Numbered from the stretch's first letter, positions 9,553 to 19,087 are shown. The stretch is DNA of 64,000 nucleotides from an uncultured Candidatus Saccharibacteria bacterium (GCA_964459225.1 CAYWKB010000001.1:116140-180139), one strand, 5' to 3'. The notes: a model not told the origin generated them from the sequence alone. A program made the numbers and translations.

Positions 9553-10179
9553 ATGGCAATAATAACAAAAAATCAAATATTAGATTTAATTAAAAAAGGA
9601 GATATAAGTTTTAAGCCTGATCTAGATTTTTTTCAATTACAAGGTCACTCCGTAGACTTACGTTTAGGTTTTACTTTTATGATTCCAAAATCATGGCATA
9701 TAACAACAAATGGTAGAGAATCTTTAGATATTACACATTTCGATAAAAATTCTAGAGATCAATTTGAAATTGTCGAACTGGAAGAAGGTCAGCATTTTGA
9801 CCTATTACCAAACGAATATGTTTTAATATCAACATTAGAATCAATTAAAATACCGGATTATTTAATGGCTATACTTTATCCAAGATCATCAACAAATAGA
9901 AAAGGTATGTCACTGGATTTAACTGGAATTATTGACGCGGGTTATGAAGGGCAGCTAATACTACCAGTACGAAATAATACTCATTCACAAGTTGTTAGAC
10001 TATTTCCCGGTGAAAGATTATGCCAAGTAGTCTTTGAAGAGTTAAAAGAGAGGGTTGAGCATAAGAGTAAATATCATAAGAGAGATATAATAGATGGTTC
10101 ACAAAAAGAGAGAACCGGAGAAGTTGATTATATAATGAAAGGAGATATAAAAGGTTTAAAGAATAATCATAAAATATAA
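9553..10179 (+). CDS. dcd: dCTP deaminase
   Basis: VDLRLG, YPRSS, IIDAGYEG and RLCQVVF motifs. Start is 3 nt after the thyA stop. Confidence 0.8.
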   Translation: MAIITKNQILDLIKKGDISFKPDLDFFQLQGHSVDLRLGFTFMIPKSWHITTNGRESLDITHFDKNSRDQFEIVELEEGQHFDLLPNEYVLISTLESIKIPDYLMAILYPRSSTNRKGMSLDLTGIIDAGYEGQLILPVRNNTHSQVVRLFPGERLCQVVFEELKERVEHKSKYHKRDIIDGSQKERTGEVDYIMKGDIKGLKNNHKI

Positions 10180-10185
10180 ATTAAC

Positions 10186-10719
10186 ATGCCCAAAGTCTTT
10201 ATAATAGCAGCAATTTCAGCAGATGGTTTCATAGCAAAGGATGATAAACATAGTCCTATGTATTGGACTGGAAAAGCAGATAAAAAAAGATTTATAGAAT
10301 TAACAAAAAGAGCTGGTGTTGTAGTAATGGGTTCTTCTACATACAAAACCATAGGAACTCCACTTAAGGAGAGAGTAAATATAGTCTATTCAAGAAATCA
10401 GAAATTCGACGGTGTTGAAATGACAAATGATAATCCAAGAGAATTAATACAAAAACTCGGTGAGAGAGGATTTAAAGAAATTGCAATTTGTGGTGGTTCT
10501 AATATTTATACTATGTTTATGAAAGCAGGAGTTGTCGATACTGTTTATTTAACTATTGAACCGATAATGTTTGGTAAAGGTATTCCCCTTTTTATTGATG
10601 ATTTGCATTATTTATTAAAATTAAAATCATCACAAATATCAGAGGAGACTGGATCATTGCTCCTTGAATACTCAGTGGACTACACAGGAACACCAAAATT
10701 TAAGAATGATAATAGATAA
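10186..10719 (+). CDS. dihydrofolate reductase family protein (RibD C-terminal-like)
   Basis: AISADGFIA...VVMGSSTY...ICGGSNIY pattern of the RibD_C/DHFR-like family. Position next to thyA supports a DHFR role. Confidence 0.65.
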   Translation: MPKVFIIAAISADGFIAKDDKHSPMYWTGKADKKRFIELTKRAGVVVMGSSTYKTIGTPLKERVNIVYSRNQKFDGVEMTNDNPRELIQKLGERGFKEIAICGGSNIYTMFMKAGVVDTVYLTIEPIMFGKGIPLFIDDLHYLLKLKSSQISEETGSLLLEYSVDYTGTPKFKNDNR

Positions 10720-10729
10720 ATTAAGATAA

Positions 10730-10765
10730 CAAAAAAGACTGAGGTTTGATTCTCAGTCTTTTTTG
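10730..10765. terminator. bidirectional intrinsic terminator (agactgag...ctcagtct)
   Basis: 8-bp stem flanked by an A-tract 5' and a T-tract 3', between the convergent DHFR-like gene (+) and rplK (-). Confidence 0.6.
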
Positions 10766-10766
10766 T

Positions 10767-11189
10767 TTATTTTACATCTACTCCTAGTGATTTACATGAA
10801 CCTTCTATAATCTTCATTGCTGCCTCTATAGTGCTTGCATTTAGGTCTGGCATTTTCCTTTCTGCTATTGCTCTTACTTGAGCTTTAGTGATTGTTCCTG
10901 CCTTTTTGACTGCATGTTTTCCTGCACCCTTTTCTACTCCTATTGCTTTAAGAATTAAGAAACTTGCTGGAGGAGTCTTAAGTACAAAGTCATATGATCT
11001 GTCATCATAAACTGTTATGACAACAGGTATCATATCTCCCATCATACCCTTTGTTGCATCATTGAACTTTTTAGTGAAATCTCCAATATTAACACCCGCC
11101 TGACCAAGTGTTGGTCCAAGTGGTGGAGCTGGAGTTGCCTTTCCTGCTGGTGCTATTACCTTTACTTTTTTAATTATTTTTTTAGCCAT
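10767..11189 (-). CDS. rplK: 50S ribosomal protein L11
   Basis: PAGKATPAPPLGPxLGQxGVN hallmark, 140 aa. Confidence 0.95.
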   Translation of the reverse strand: MAKKIIKKVKVIAPAGKATPAPPLGPTLGQAGVNIGDFTKKFNDATKGMMGDMIPVVITVYDDRSYDFVLKTPPASFLILKAIGVEKGAGKHAVKKAGTITKAQVRAIAERKMPDLNASTIEAAMKIIEGSCKSLGVDVK

Positions 11190-11244
11190 TTTATTGTATT
11201 ATTTGATATTTTCCTCTAGAAGCACGAGGTAATAAGATACTATA

Positions 11245-11790
11245 TTAAATCTTCTTAACTTGCAAGAAATCAAGTTCTACTGGTGTTTCTCGACCAAACA
11301 TTGATACAAGAACCTTCACCTTACCACGACTATCATCTACTTCACTTACTTTTCCTTCAAGATCTTTAAATGGACCATCTGTAATCTTAACTGTCTCGTC
11401 TTTAACTAGATCTATTGTATGCTTTACCTCATCTTTATTCATACGAGCAAAGAGTGACTCTGCCTCCTTTTTATCTAGTGGAACTGGGAATACTCCTGAA
11501 CCGACAAAGCCAGTAACTCGAGGTGTGTTACGAACAACAAACCATGAATCATCATTAACTATCATATCTACAAGTACATATCCTGGATATATTTTTTCCT
11601 CTTCTTCAACTCTCTTTCCTCCCTTTATTTTTATCTTTTTTTCTGTTGGAACAATAACATTAAATATTCTGTCTTCCATTCCTAGAGATTCTATTCTCTG
11701 TTTTAGATTTCTCGCTACTGCATTTTCGTATCCTGCATATGTATGTATTGCATACCAATTCCTCTCGCCTCCTGCTTGTTGTTTTGACAT
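11245..11790 (-). CDS. nusG: transcription termination/antitermination factor NusG
   Basis: [16 protein letters not shown] domain, C-terminal KOW domain. 181 aa, in secE-nusG-rplK order. Confidence 0.9.
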   Translation of the reverse strand: MSKQQAGGERNWYAIHTYAGYENAVARNLKQRIESLGMEDRIFNVIVPTEKKIKIKGGKRVEEEEKIYPGYVLVDMIVNDDSWFVVRNTPRVTGFVGSGVFPVPLDKKEAESLFARMNKDEVKHTIDLVKDETVKITDGPFKDLEGKVSEVDDSRGKVKVLVSMFGRETPVELDFLQVKKI

Positions 11791-11799
11791 AATTTTAAA

Positions 11800-11976
11800 T
11801 TAAATAAATAGAGTTAATAATCTTCCAAAGATATAATCAGACAATCCAAGCATAAGGGCAACACCGACAGAAACTACAACTACAGCAATAGAATAAAATA
11901 TTGCTTGCTTTCTTGTTGGCCATGTTACATGTTCCATTTCACTTCTTGTATCCTTTATGTATTCTGTGATTTTCAT
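11800..11976 (-). CDS. secE: preprotein translocase subunit SecE (58 aa; absent from ORF track, below size cut-off)
   Basis: Translated by hand: MKITEYIKDTRSEMEHVTWPTRKQAIFYSIAVVVVSVGVALMLGLSDYIFGRLLTLFI. KxxWP motif plus a single TM, immediately upstream of nusG. Confidence 0.75.
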   Translation of the reverse strand: MKITEYIKDTRSEMEHVTWPTRKQAIFYSIAVVVVSVGVALMLGLSDYIFGRLLTLFI

Positions 11977-12002
11977 ATTATTTGATTATATCGATTTGTA
12001 TT

Positions 12003-12020
12003 AAAAAACCCCGAACGGGG
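12003..12020 (-). terminator. intrinsic terminator (cccc-gaac-gggg preceded by A6 on + strand = U-tract on - strand)
   Basis: Short GC hairpin with a poly-T on the minus strand, downstream of the SIMPL-domain gene. Confidence 0.45.
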
Positions 12021-12106
12021 TGATAGATACATACTACCACCATTACAATATATAGTCAACAAAAGAAAAAAGGCCTTTTGATTGACCTTTTTCCTATATT
12101 TTATTT

Positions 12107-12895
12107 TTATTTAATTTCGTATCCTATACTTACTGACGCTGTGACTTTTTGTTCTCCCTTTGGTATTTCTGGAGCAATACTTGCCTTCATAATACCAGTG
12201 TCCGCACTCATTCCCTCTCTTGCATACATTGGATATACTTCATCACTTGAATCATAATAACTTGTAATCTTTACTAATTTAACTCCCAAACTCTTTGCTA
12301 TTTTTTCTGCTTTTTCCTTTGCATTTGCAATAGCTATTTGTCTTGCTTTTTCCTTTACAACATCTATATCATCGATTGCAAAAGTTAAACCATTAACTGT
12401 TTTGATTCCTGCATTTCCAATTGAATCAAATAGTTCTCCTGCTTTTTCTAAATCACGAATCTTTACCTCTATTGTTTGTGATACATCATATCCAGATTGA
12501 ACTGACTTACCACCTGTACATCCGTATTGTGAACATATACCTTGTTCGTATTCATAGTGAGGATTAATAGAATATGAAATTGTCTTTATATCCTTATCAG
12601 CCACACCTCCTGATCTAATAACTTTTAATGCTGTGTTTGTTTTTTCGGTTGCTTTATTTTGTGCTTCCTTTACTGTCTTAGCATTTTCATTTACAGAAAA
12701 AGAAAATGTAGCGATATCAGGTATTGATATAGCTTCACCCTTACCTGTTACACTAATATTACTTAGAGATGGGAAATCACCTTTGCCTACGTATTTTATT
12801 GATATTATTTCTTTAATAGAAATAACAGCCAAAAATACAGTGAGTGCAATGCCCGCCCATTTACCTATTTTCCAAATATTTTCTTGATTATTCAT
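12107..12895 (-). CDS. SIMPL/DUF541 domain periplasmic protein (YggE-like)
   Basis: N-terminal TM/signal, then an ISVTGKGEA...FSVN...A...EK...ALK pattern typical of SIMPL proteins. 262 aa. Confidence 0.65.
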   Translation of the reverse strand: MNNQENIWKIGKWAGIALTVFLAVISIKEIISIKYVGKGDFPSLSNISVTGKGEAISIPDIATFSFSVNENAKTVKEAQNKATEKTNTALKVIRSGGVADKDIKTISYSINPHYEYEQGICSQYGCTGGKSVQSGYDVSQTIEVKIRDLEKAGELFDSIGNAGIKTVNGLTFAIDDIDVVKEKARQIAIANAKEKAEKIAKSLGVKLVKITSYYDSSDEVYPMYAREGMSADTGIMKASIAPEIPKGEQKVTASVSIGYEIK

Positions 12896-12916
12896 TGTAT
12901 TTATATTATTAATTTA

Positions 12917-13726
12917 TTAAGATTTATTATCATTATAACACGCATCCACTAGGTTCTCAAAAAGTGACAGGACAGTCATCTGCCCCACACCCCCTGGAAC
13001 TGGTGTGATTGCTGAAACAGTATTTTTAACTTTTTCAAAATTTACATCCCCTACTATTCCTTTTTCTACTCTATTTATCCCTACATCTATTATTATTTGA
13101 CCTTCACTTATATATTTATCATCTATTAACTCTGGCTGACCGATAGCAATAATTAATATTTCTGCATTTTTTGATTTGATTTGATTGTCTATTGTTTTAC
13201 TATCACAAACAGTTACATTGGCACCTCTCGTTACACACATTTTTGCTATTGGAGTACCTACTAATTTTGATTTTCCTAATACTGTGACTTTTTTATCTTT
13301 TATTTTAATATTGTAAAAATCAAAAAGCTCTGAAATTCCCCTTGCAGTGGCAGGAACAAATTTTGTATTTGAAGTTAGTCCATCGACATCCTTTTTTGAA
13401 TCAATTGTCTCTATAATCAAATCAGGATTTAAATGTTTAGGTAGTGGAAGCTGAACTATTATTCCTTGTACACCTTTATCTTCATTGTACTTTTTAATTA
13501 CTGAAATAACTTCTTCTTGCTCGACATTTTCTGGTAAATTTACATGAATTTCATTTATCCCAACTTTATTTGCAAATATCTTTTTTGATTTAATAAATGA
13601 ATCAGAATCAGGCCTATTGCCTACTTGTATGATAACTAGGCAAGGCACAATAGAAAGCCTCTTAACTTTATCTATGAGTACAGCCACATAATGACTTTTT
13701 GCTATTCTTCCGTCGAGTATTTGCAT
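12917..13726 (-). CDS. folD: bifunctional methylenetetrahydrofolate dehydrogenase/cyclohydrolase
   Basis: GIIVQLPLP, DVDG and TPIAKMC...GANVTVC motifs. 269 aa. Confidence 0.9.
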   Translation of the reverse strand: MQILDGRIAKSHYVAVLIDKVKRLSIVPCLVIIQVGNRPDSDSFIKSKKIFANKVGINEIHVNLPENVEQEEVISVIKKYNEDKGVQGIIVQLPLPKHLNPDLIIETIDSKKDVDGLTSNTKFVPATARGISELFDFYNIKIKDKKVTVLGKSKLVGTPIAKMCVTRGANVTVCDSKTIDNQIKSKNAEILIIAIGQPELIDDKYISEGQIIIDVGINRVEKGIVGDVNFEKVKNTVSAITPVPGGVGQMTVLSLFENLVDACYNDNKS

Positions 13727-13735
13727 TGAGTTACA

Positions 13736-14446
13736 TTACCACGTTTTTTCTGGTATTTCTAGGGTTATTGTTTTCCTCTCATCTGTTGTTGCTGTATCAA
13801 ATGTAAGCGAGGTGGCAGTAAGTGCAATCTTTTGATCTGGTAATTTGATTTTTGAACCATACTTTGTGTCCCCAACTATCACATGACCGATATGTGAAAG
13901 TTGTGCACGTATCTGATGTTGTCTACCTGTTTTTAATTTTATTTTTAATAGTGAAAAAACTCCTTCAGATTTAACTAATTCATAACTTAATTCAGCCAAA
14001 TCCCCTCTTTTATCATTCATATCAAAAACCTGAGTGTAGTTTTGATTATCATCATGTAGTAAATAATTAATTAATTTTTTATTTTTATCTTTTGGAATTC
14101 CTGAAACCCATGCATGATATGTTTTTTCAACTGTATGCAATCTAAATTGTTCTGACAATCTACTGGCACCCTTACTAGTCTTTGCAAAAAGCACAATACC
14201 GTCAACATTTCTATCCAGTCTATGTATAAGACCTAGAAAAACATTTCCCGGTTTATCATACTTTTTCTTCAAATACATTTTTACTTCTTCGAGCATGGAA
14301 ATATCACCACTTTTATCTCCTTGAACAAGAGTGCCCGCAGGTTTGTAAACTGCTATTAAATGATTGTCTTCGTAAACTACTTTTATGTCCATATTATTTA
14401 CTCCACCTTGCAGATATTCCGCATGGTAATAATCTTCCTCCATCAC
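13736..14446 (-). CDS. RluA-family pseudouridine synthase
   Basis: HRLDRNVDG catalytic motif and AVYKPAG. The true start is probably MDIKVV (about 14392), which removes the overlap with the next gene. Confidence 0.8.
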   Translation of the reverse strand: MMEEDYYHAEYLQGGVNNMDIKVVYEDNHLIAVYKPAGTLVQGDKSGDISMLEEVKMYLKKKYDKPGNVFLGLIHRLDRNVDGIVLFAKTSKGASRLSEQFRLHTVEKTYHAWVSGIPKDKNKKLINYLLHDDNQNYTQVFDMNDKRGDLAELSYELVKSEGVFSLLKIKLKTGRQHQIRAQLSHIGHVIVGDTKYGSKIKLPDQKIALTATSLTFDTATTDERKTITLEIPEKTW

Positions 14447-15278
14447 TTTCCTCTATTGCCAACTCACCTATTTCTATATTCCCACCAAATTTATCTACAA
14501 GTGAACTTAATACATTTTGATATGCAATTGATGAATATCCAGCTGAATATCCGTTAATTATAAAAAATAGTGGTTTATCTGCTAAAAGTTTTATGCAATT
14601 TTGAACTAAATCAAGGAAATGTTCTTCTATTTTCCATATCTCTTTGTTGGCTCCATGACCAAATGCTGGTGGATCCATTATTATGGCATCGTATTTATTT
14701 CCTCTCTTTAATTCTCTACCCACGAAAACTCTCGCATCTTCCAATATCCACCTAATTGGCTTATCGGATAATTTAGAAATTTCTGCATTTTCCCTTGCCC
14801 ATGTTATAGCAGACTTTGATCCATCGACATGTACAACCTTTGCACCAACCTGTGCACAAGCAAGACTTGCTCCACCTGTATATCCAAAGAGATTAAGCAC
14901 TTGTATATCATCATTACTTTTTGATTTTTCGTCTTTAATTAAATTTCTCATCCAAGACCAATTAACACTTTGTTCAGGGAAAAGTCCTGTATGTTTAAAC
15001 GCAGTTGGTTTAATCCAAAATTTAAGTTCAGAAAAATCAATTTGCCATTTTTCGATTTTACCATTTTTTGATTTCCATTCACCTTCTTGCTCATGTCTTA
15101 TGAAATTTGCATTTGCATTTTTCCATTCTGCTTCATTTTTATTTTTATTCCATAGAGCTTGTGGGTCTGGGCGTGACAAGACAACATCGCCAAATCTTTC
15201 GAGTTTTTCACCTTGACCTGAATCAATTAGTTCATAGTCCTTGCTCTTATTTGTTATTAATATATTAATTGATTTCAT
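14394..15278 (-). CDS. class I SAM-dependent RNA methyltransferase (RlmI/YccW-like)
   Basis: LFGYTGGASLACAQ (SAM-binding motif I) and DPPAFGHG (motif IV). 294 aa. Confidence 0.7.
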   Translation of the reverse strand: MKSINILITNKSKDYELIDSGQGEKLERFGDVVLSRPDPQALWNKNKNEAEWKNANANFIRHEQEGEWKSKNGKIEKWQIDFSELKFWIKPTAFKHTGLFPEQSVNWSWMRNLIKDEKSKSNDDIQVLNLFGYTGGASLACAQVGAKVVHVDGSKSAITWARENAEISKLSDKPIRWILEDARVFVGRELKRGNKYDAIIMDPPAFGHGANKEIWKIEEHFLDLVQNCIKLLADKPLFFIINGYSAGYSSIAYQNVLSSLVDKFGGNIEIGELAIEESDGGRLLPCGISARWSK

Positions 15279-15741
15279 TTAATTTATATTTCCTAATCGA
15301 ATACACCGCGGTGATAAATATAGCCGTAGAAGAAATTGCAGATACCACACAATACGGACAAAAAGCCTTTATAATAAATAACTGGAGAAATGAAAACCAA
15401 ATAGCAGACAATAGTCCTATAAACGAAATCATCATTGGAAATCTTAAATATTTTTCTTTTTTTGTATCTAGAAAAATAAAAACAGAAAACAGTATTGCAA
15501 GATAATAAATAGCTCCCATTAATGCTACTGGTATGCCAAATATCTTTGCATATGAACTACTCAAAACCGATTCACATCCGCCGATTGTACATGGAGGAAT
15601 AACATTTTGATAATGCTTTACAGTGAGGAAAGTTGCATCAGAAAATCCGATAATAGCAAATAGCAATATTATTATCGGTATGTACTTAGGGATTATTTGC
15701 AGATTTAGCTGCGTCTTTAATACGTTGTCTAAAATCTTCAT
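15265..15741 (-). CDS. vitamin K epoxide reductase (VKOR) family membrane protein
   Basis: Multi-TM protein with loop cysteines (PPCTIGGCES) and an intramembrane CPYC. Adjacent to a DsbA-like gene. Confidence 0.75.
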   Translation of the reverse strand: MKILDNVLKTQLNLQIIPKYIPIIILLFAIIGFSDATFLTVKHYQNVIPPCTIGGCESVLSSSYAKIFGIPVALMGAIYYLAILFSVFIFLDTKKEKYLRFPMMISFIGLLSAIWFSFLQLFIIKAFCPYCVVSAISSTAIFITAVYSIRKYKLNEIN

Positions 15742-16369
15742 ATGATTTAATGTTTTCAGCTTTTACGCCATTAATATAAAATGTTGGTGTACTGTTTATA
15801 CCTGCCTTTATACCACTCTTTTGATCAGCATTTACCTTATTTATAACTTCTGCTGAATCGTAGTCGGTATTGTACTTTACAATATCAAGTTTTAACTCTT
15901 TTGCATAACTTTCAAAAATAGTTTTAGCTGTTCTTGAATTTTCCCAATTTTTCTGATTTTTAAATATCAAGCGATACATTTCCCAAAACTTACCTTGCTT
16001 GCCAGCCGACTCAGCTGCGCGTGACGCAGGTATTGCATTTGCATGTTGTTGTAACGGGAAATGTCTGTATACAAATGCTATATTTGCCTCGTCAGATAAT
16101 ATTTGTTCAACTATAGGGAAATAGTAGGCACAAGCAGGACATTGGAAATCACTATATTCTATAACTGTAACAGGAGCATTTTTGTCTCCAATCAACCAAT
16201 CATTGTCTACAACCTTATCGGGTGTTGCTATATTTGCACTTTCCTTTTCTGCTTTATTTGCAGCAGCAATCATTCCCCATATTATAAGTCCAATAATAAT
16301 GATAAAAATTGACCAATTCAGTATTCTTTTTGTATTCATAAAAACATTATAGCAGATGTGAGAATTCAA
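15686..16369 (-). CDS. DsbA-family thiol:disulfide oxidoreductase, membrane-anchored
   Basis: N-terminal TM, thioredoxin-fold CPAC active site, FxxxxP cis-Pro region. 227 aa; the 5' end overlaps the VKOR ORF, so the start is likely internal. Confidence 0.75.
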   Translation of the reverse strand: MNSHICYNVFMNTKRILNWSIFIIIIGLIIWGMIAAANKAEKESANIATPDKVVDNDWLIGDKNAPVTVIEYSDFQCPACAYYFPIVEQILSDEANIAFVYRHFPLQQHANAIPASRAAESAGKQGKFWEMYRLIFKNQKNWENSRTAKTIFESYAKELKLDIVKYNTDYDSAEVINKVNADQKSGIKAGINSTPTFYINGVKAENIKSYEDFRQRIKDAAKSANNP

Positions 16370-16988
16370 TCAAAAGGAATATTCCTATCATATTCATAAT
16401 CAAAGTTACGGGGATTAATACTATTAATTTAACTTTTGACATGCCGAGTAGGGTTATACCAAATTCATCAGGCAATGGTGAAGCTATTATTATGGCCCCG
16501 AGGAAAGGTGACAACCATTTTAGAAAACCAAAATGAAATGATCTCAAAATATGCTTTACCTTTGATGGCTTAATTGCACTCATTAAATCTTTTGCAAATC
16601 TGTCCTTTATAAAAAAGTAAAGTATCATATCACCACACATAGCACCTATACCTCCCCACACAACCACACCCAATATCGGTGATGTCTGTGAAATATGCAC
16701 CAAGCCGATAGATGCAGGTGCCAAGGTAAATGCAGAAGTAAAAAATAATCCCGCAACAAAACTTGATAGTATATAGTAATCTCTAAAGGCAAGTACAATA
16801 TAATCTATTACACCAATATCAGAAAGGAAAACAGCAACAATCAATCCAGCGGAAATCATCAAGACATCATATAGCAACGCATATGCATTTTTCTTTTTTA
16901 TTCTTTTAGGCATGATGATATTTTTCACCTTTAATAATTGTAAATGCTCTGTATAATTGTTCAGCCAAAATACCTCTAACCAATTCAT
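16347..16988 (-). CDS. hypothetical integral membrane protein
   Basis: Long ORF with 4-5 predicted TM helices and no motif I recognise. The 5' end overlaps rlmH, so the true start is probably internal. Confidence 0.4.
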   Translation of the reverse strand: MNWLEVFWLNNYTEHLQLLKVKNIIMPKRIKKKNAYALLYDVLMISAGLIVAVFLSDIGVIDYIVLAFRDYYILSSFVAGLFFTSAFTLAPASIGLVHISQTSPILGVVVWGGIGAMCGDMILYFFIKDRFAKDLMSAIKPSKVKHILRSFHFGFLKWLSPFLGAIIIASPLPDEFGITLLGMSKVKLIVLIPVTLIMNMIGIFLLIEFSHLL

Positions 16989-17355
16989 GCGGGAAAACTA
17001 AATTTGATAATGAAATAGTTGTATTTACTTTTTCTTTTACAATTTCATTTACACCATATGAACCACCTATTATAAATACAAGATTTTTAACACTTTCATT
17101 TAATCTTTTTTCAATAAAATTAGAAAATTCTATAGAATTAAAAGTCTTTCCTCTTTCATCCAAAAGTACAATATGAGAATTATCCGGTATAGCTTTTATT
17201 ATTTTTTCACCCTCGTCTTTCATATCCCCTGATTGAATATATTTCCAATCAATTGATGTATAGTGCACTAGTCTATTTGTATATTCAATTACAATCTCCT
17301 CACTCAAAAAGTTTTTAGATTTCCCAGGAGAAACAACTATTATATTCATAAGCAA
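16906..17355 (-). CDS. rlmH: 23S rRNA (pseudouridine1915-N3)-methyltransferase RlmH (SPOUT)
   Basis: IIGGSYG...SLSNLVFPHELVRGILAEQLYRA C-terminal SPOUT knot motifs. 149 aa. Confidence 0.85.
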   Translation of the reverse strand: MLMNIIVVSPGKSKNFLSEEIVIEYTNRLVHYTSIDWKYIQSGDMKDEGEKIIKAIPDNSHIVLLDERGKTFNSIEFSNFIEKRLNESVKNLVFIIGGSYGVNEIVKEKVNTTISLSNLVFPHELVRGILAEQLYRAFTIIKGEKYHHA

Positions 17356-17380
17356 ATTATATCATGTTAATGATAGTCTT

Positions 17381-18268
17381 TTAATCTGCAGTAAAGTATT
17401 TAATAAAGACAACTGGATCAATTGAAATACCATTTATTTTAATACTTAAATGCAGATGTGGCGCCAGAGCATATCCTGTTTCCCCGCTTTTACCAATTTC
17501 TTGTCCTATTTTGACCTTATCGCCAATCTTAACCCCCATTTCATTTAAATGCATGTATAAAGTCTGAATTCCTTTTCCATGATCTATTACAATTGTATTT
17601 CCATATACTGTGTATTTTTTTGCTATTTTTACAATTCCATCGTTTATCGCGTAAACACTTGTATTTGTAGTCGCGCGGAAATCAGTGCCTTTATGAACTA
17701 TAGACTCCCCCACAGTATCTCTATTGTATCCATAATTATCTGTAATAAAAATATCTTTTAGAGGATAGACAAAATCAGATGACCATAAAGTTTTGTTTTC
17801 TGATTTAATATTATTTAATTCAAAATTTTCTTTTGCTAAATTACTTAATACATTTTGACTTGCCTGTTTTGTATTTCCACCAAGCTTTGCTGGAATATCA
17901 AGTTTCTTAACTATTTTTTGTCTTTGATTTATCTTTATACTTTTTTCTATATTCATCCCATTACTTAATCTACTTTTAAATATGTATTCTGTTTTTTTAT
18001 TATTAAAATCAACCGGAACAATAAATAAGAATGATTTATTTCTCTCAATATATTCTATTTTTTTATTATTTAAAAATGATTCAATTGGCGTAGAGCTTGA
18101 ATTAATATTAATAAAAATAGGGTTACCTACATATGCAGTATCTGGATAAATATTAATAAGGGGTTTAACTACCTCAACATTATTATTGTGATTAAAATAA
18201 TTATTATAAATTATTATGGAAATTAGTAAGATGATTATAATTAAAAATAATTTGAAGAATTTTTTCAT
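17381..18268 (-). CDS. M23 family metallopeptidase (LytM domain)
   Basis: N-terminal TM, then HKGTDF (HxxxD) and APHLHLSI (HxH) zinc-site motifs. Confidence 0.85.
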   Translation of the reverse strand: MKKFFKLFLIIIILLISIIIYNNYFNHNNNVEVVKPLINIYPDTAYVGNPIFININSSSTPIESFLNNKKIEYIERNKSFLFIVPVDFNNKKTEYIFKSRLSNGMNIEKSIKINQRQKIVKKLDIPAKLGGNTKQASQNVLSNLAKENFELNNIKSENKTLWSSDFVYPLKDIFITDNYGYNRDTVGESIVHKGTDFRATTNTSVYAINDGIVKIAKKYTVYGNTIVIDHGKGIQTLYMHLNEMGVKIGDKVKIGQEIGKSGETGYALAPHLHLSIKINGISIDPVVFIKYFTAD

Positions 18269-19045
18269 TTAATTAGGAAATAGAGATATTATAATTACAG
18301 CCAAGAGTATTCTATACCAACCAAATGCAGTCAGGGATATTTTATTTAAATACTTTTTAACTATAATCAAAATTAAATATGCACTTATAAATGCAATTAT
18401 AAAACCATAAATAAAAATTGCATAAGAATCCATGCTTGCAATAAAAGCAAATGATTTATAAAAATCATACAAAACTGCAGCGGTTATGGTTGGTATTGCT
18501 AATAAAAATGTATATTCGATTATTGCTGATTTTTTGATATTTAAAAGTAATCCAGCAATAATGGTAGACCCTGATCTCGATACACCGGGGATTATTGCGA
18601 GTGATTGTGATAGACCAATAATAAATGCTTCTTTATAATTAATATCGTTTATATCCTTACCTTGATTTGCTTTCGATGAATTTCTTTTTTCTAAAATAAT
18701 AAAAATTATACCTCCAAGAGCAAGCATGATTGCCATTAGTAACATATTGCCTTCCAAAAGCTTTTTGAATACTTTATATAAAACAAAGCCGATTACAGCA
18801 GTCGGAATAAAACTTATTAAAATATTTGATAGAATTTTTTTATCTGAAATAATCCTCTTTGAAAATAAACTCACACCAGCAATAAGCGCCCCAAATTGTA
18901 TAAATAATAAGAAAAACTTAATGTATTCGGTGGTGGTATCTATATTAAATAACTTTGAAAGAATAATGATATGAGCAGTAGAAGAAACAGGTAAAAATTC
19001 AGTTATACCCTCGAGTATAGATATGAGTATTAGGTGAAGGTTCAT
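18269..19045 (-). CDS. uppP: undecaprenyl-diphosphate phosphatase (BacA/UppP)
   Basis: EGITEFLPVSSTAH signature. The track ORF extends to 19084 through a terminator hairpin; the start at MNLHL (19045) is more plausible. Confidence 0.85.
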   Translation of the reverse strand: MNLHLILISILEGITEFLPVSSTAHIIILSKLFNIDTTTEYIKFFLLFIQFGALIAGVSLFSKRIISDKKILSNILISFIPTAVIGFVLYKVFKKLLEGNMLLMAIMLALGGIIFIILEKRNSSKANQGKDINDINYKEAFIIGLSQSLAIIPGVSRSGSTIIAGLLLNIKKSAIIEYTFLLAIPTITAAVLYDFYKSFAFIASMDSYAIFIYGFIIAFISAYLILIIVKKYLNKISLTAFGWYRILLAVIIISLFPN

Positions 19046-19059
19046 TTTAAAATTATAAC

Positions 19060-19087
19060 ATAGGAAAAGCCTTGGGGTTGCCAAGGC
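19060..19087 (-). terminator. intrinsic terminator (gccttgg-ggttg-ccaaggc, then TTTTCC on minus strand)
   Basis: 7-bp GC stem with a U-tract on the minus strand, downstream of the 39-aa small ORF. Confidence 0.5.
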
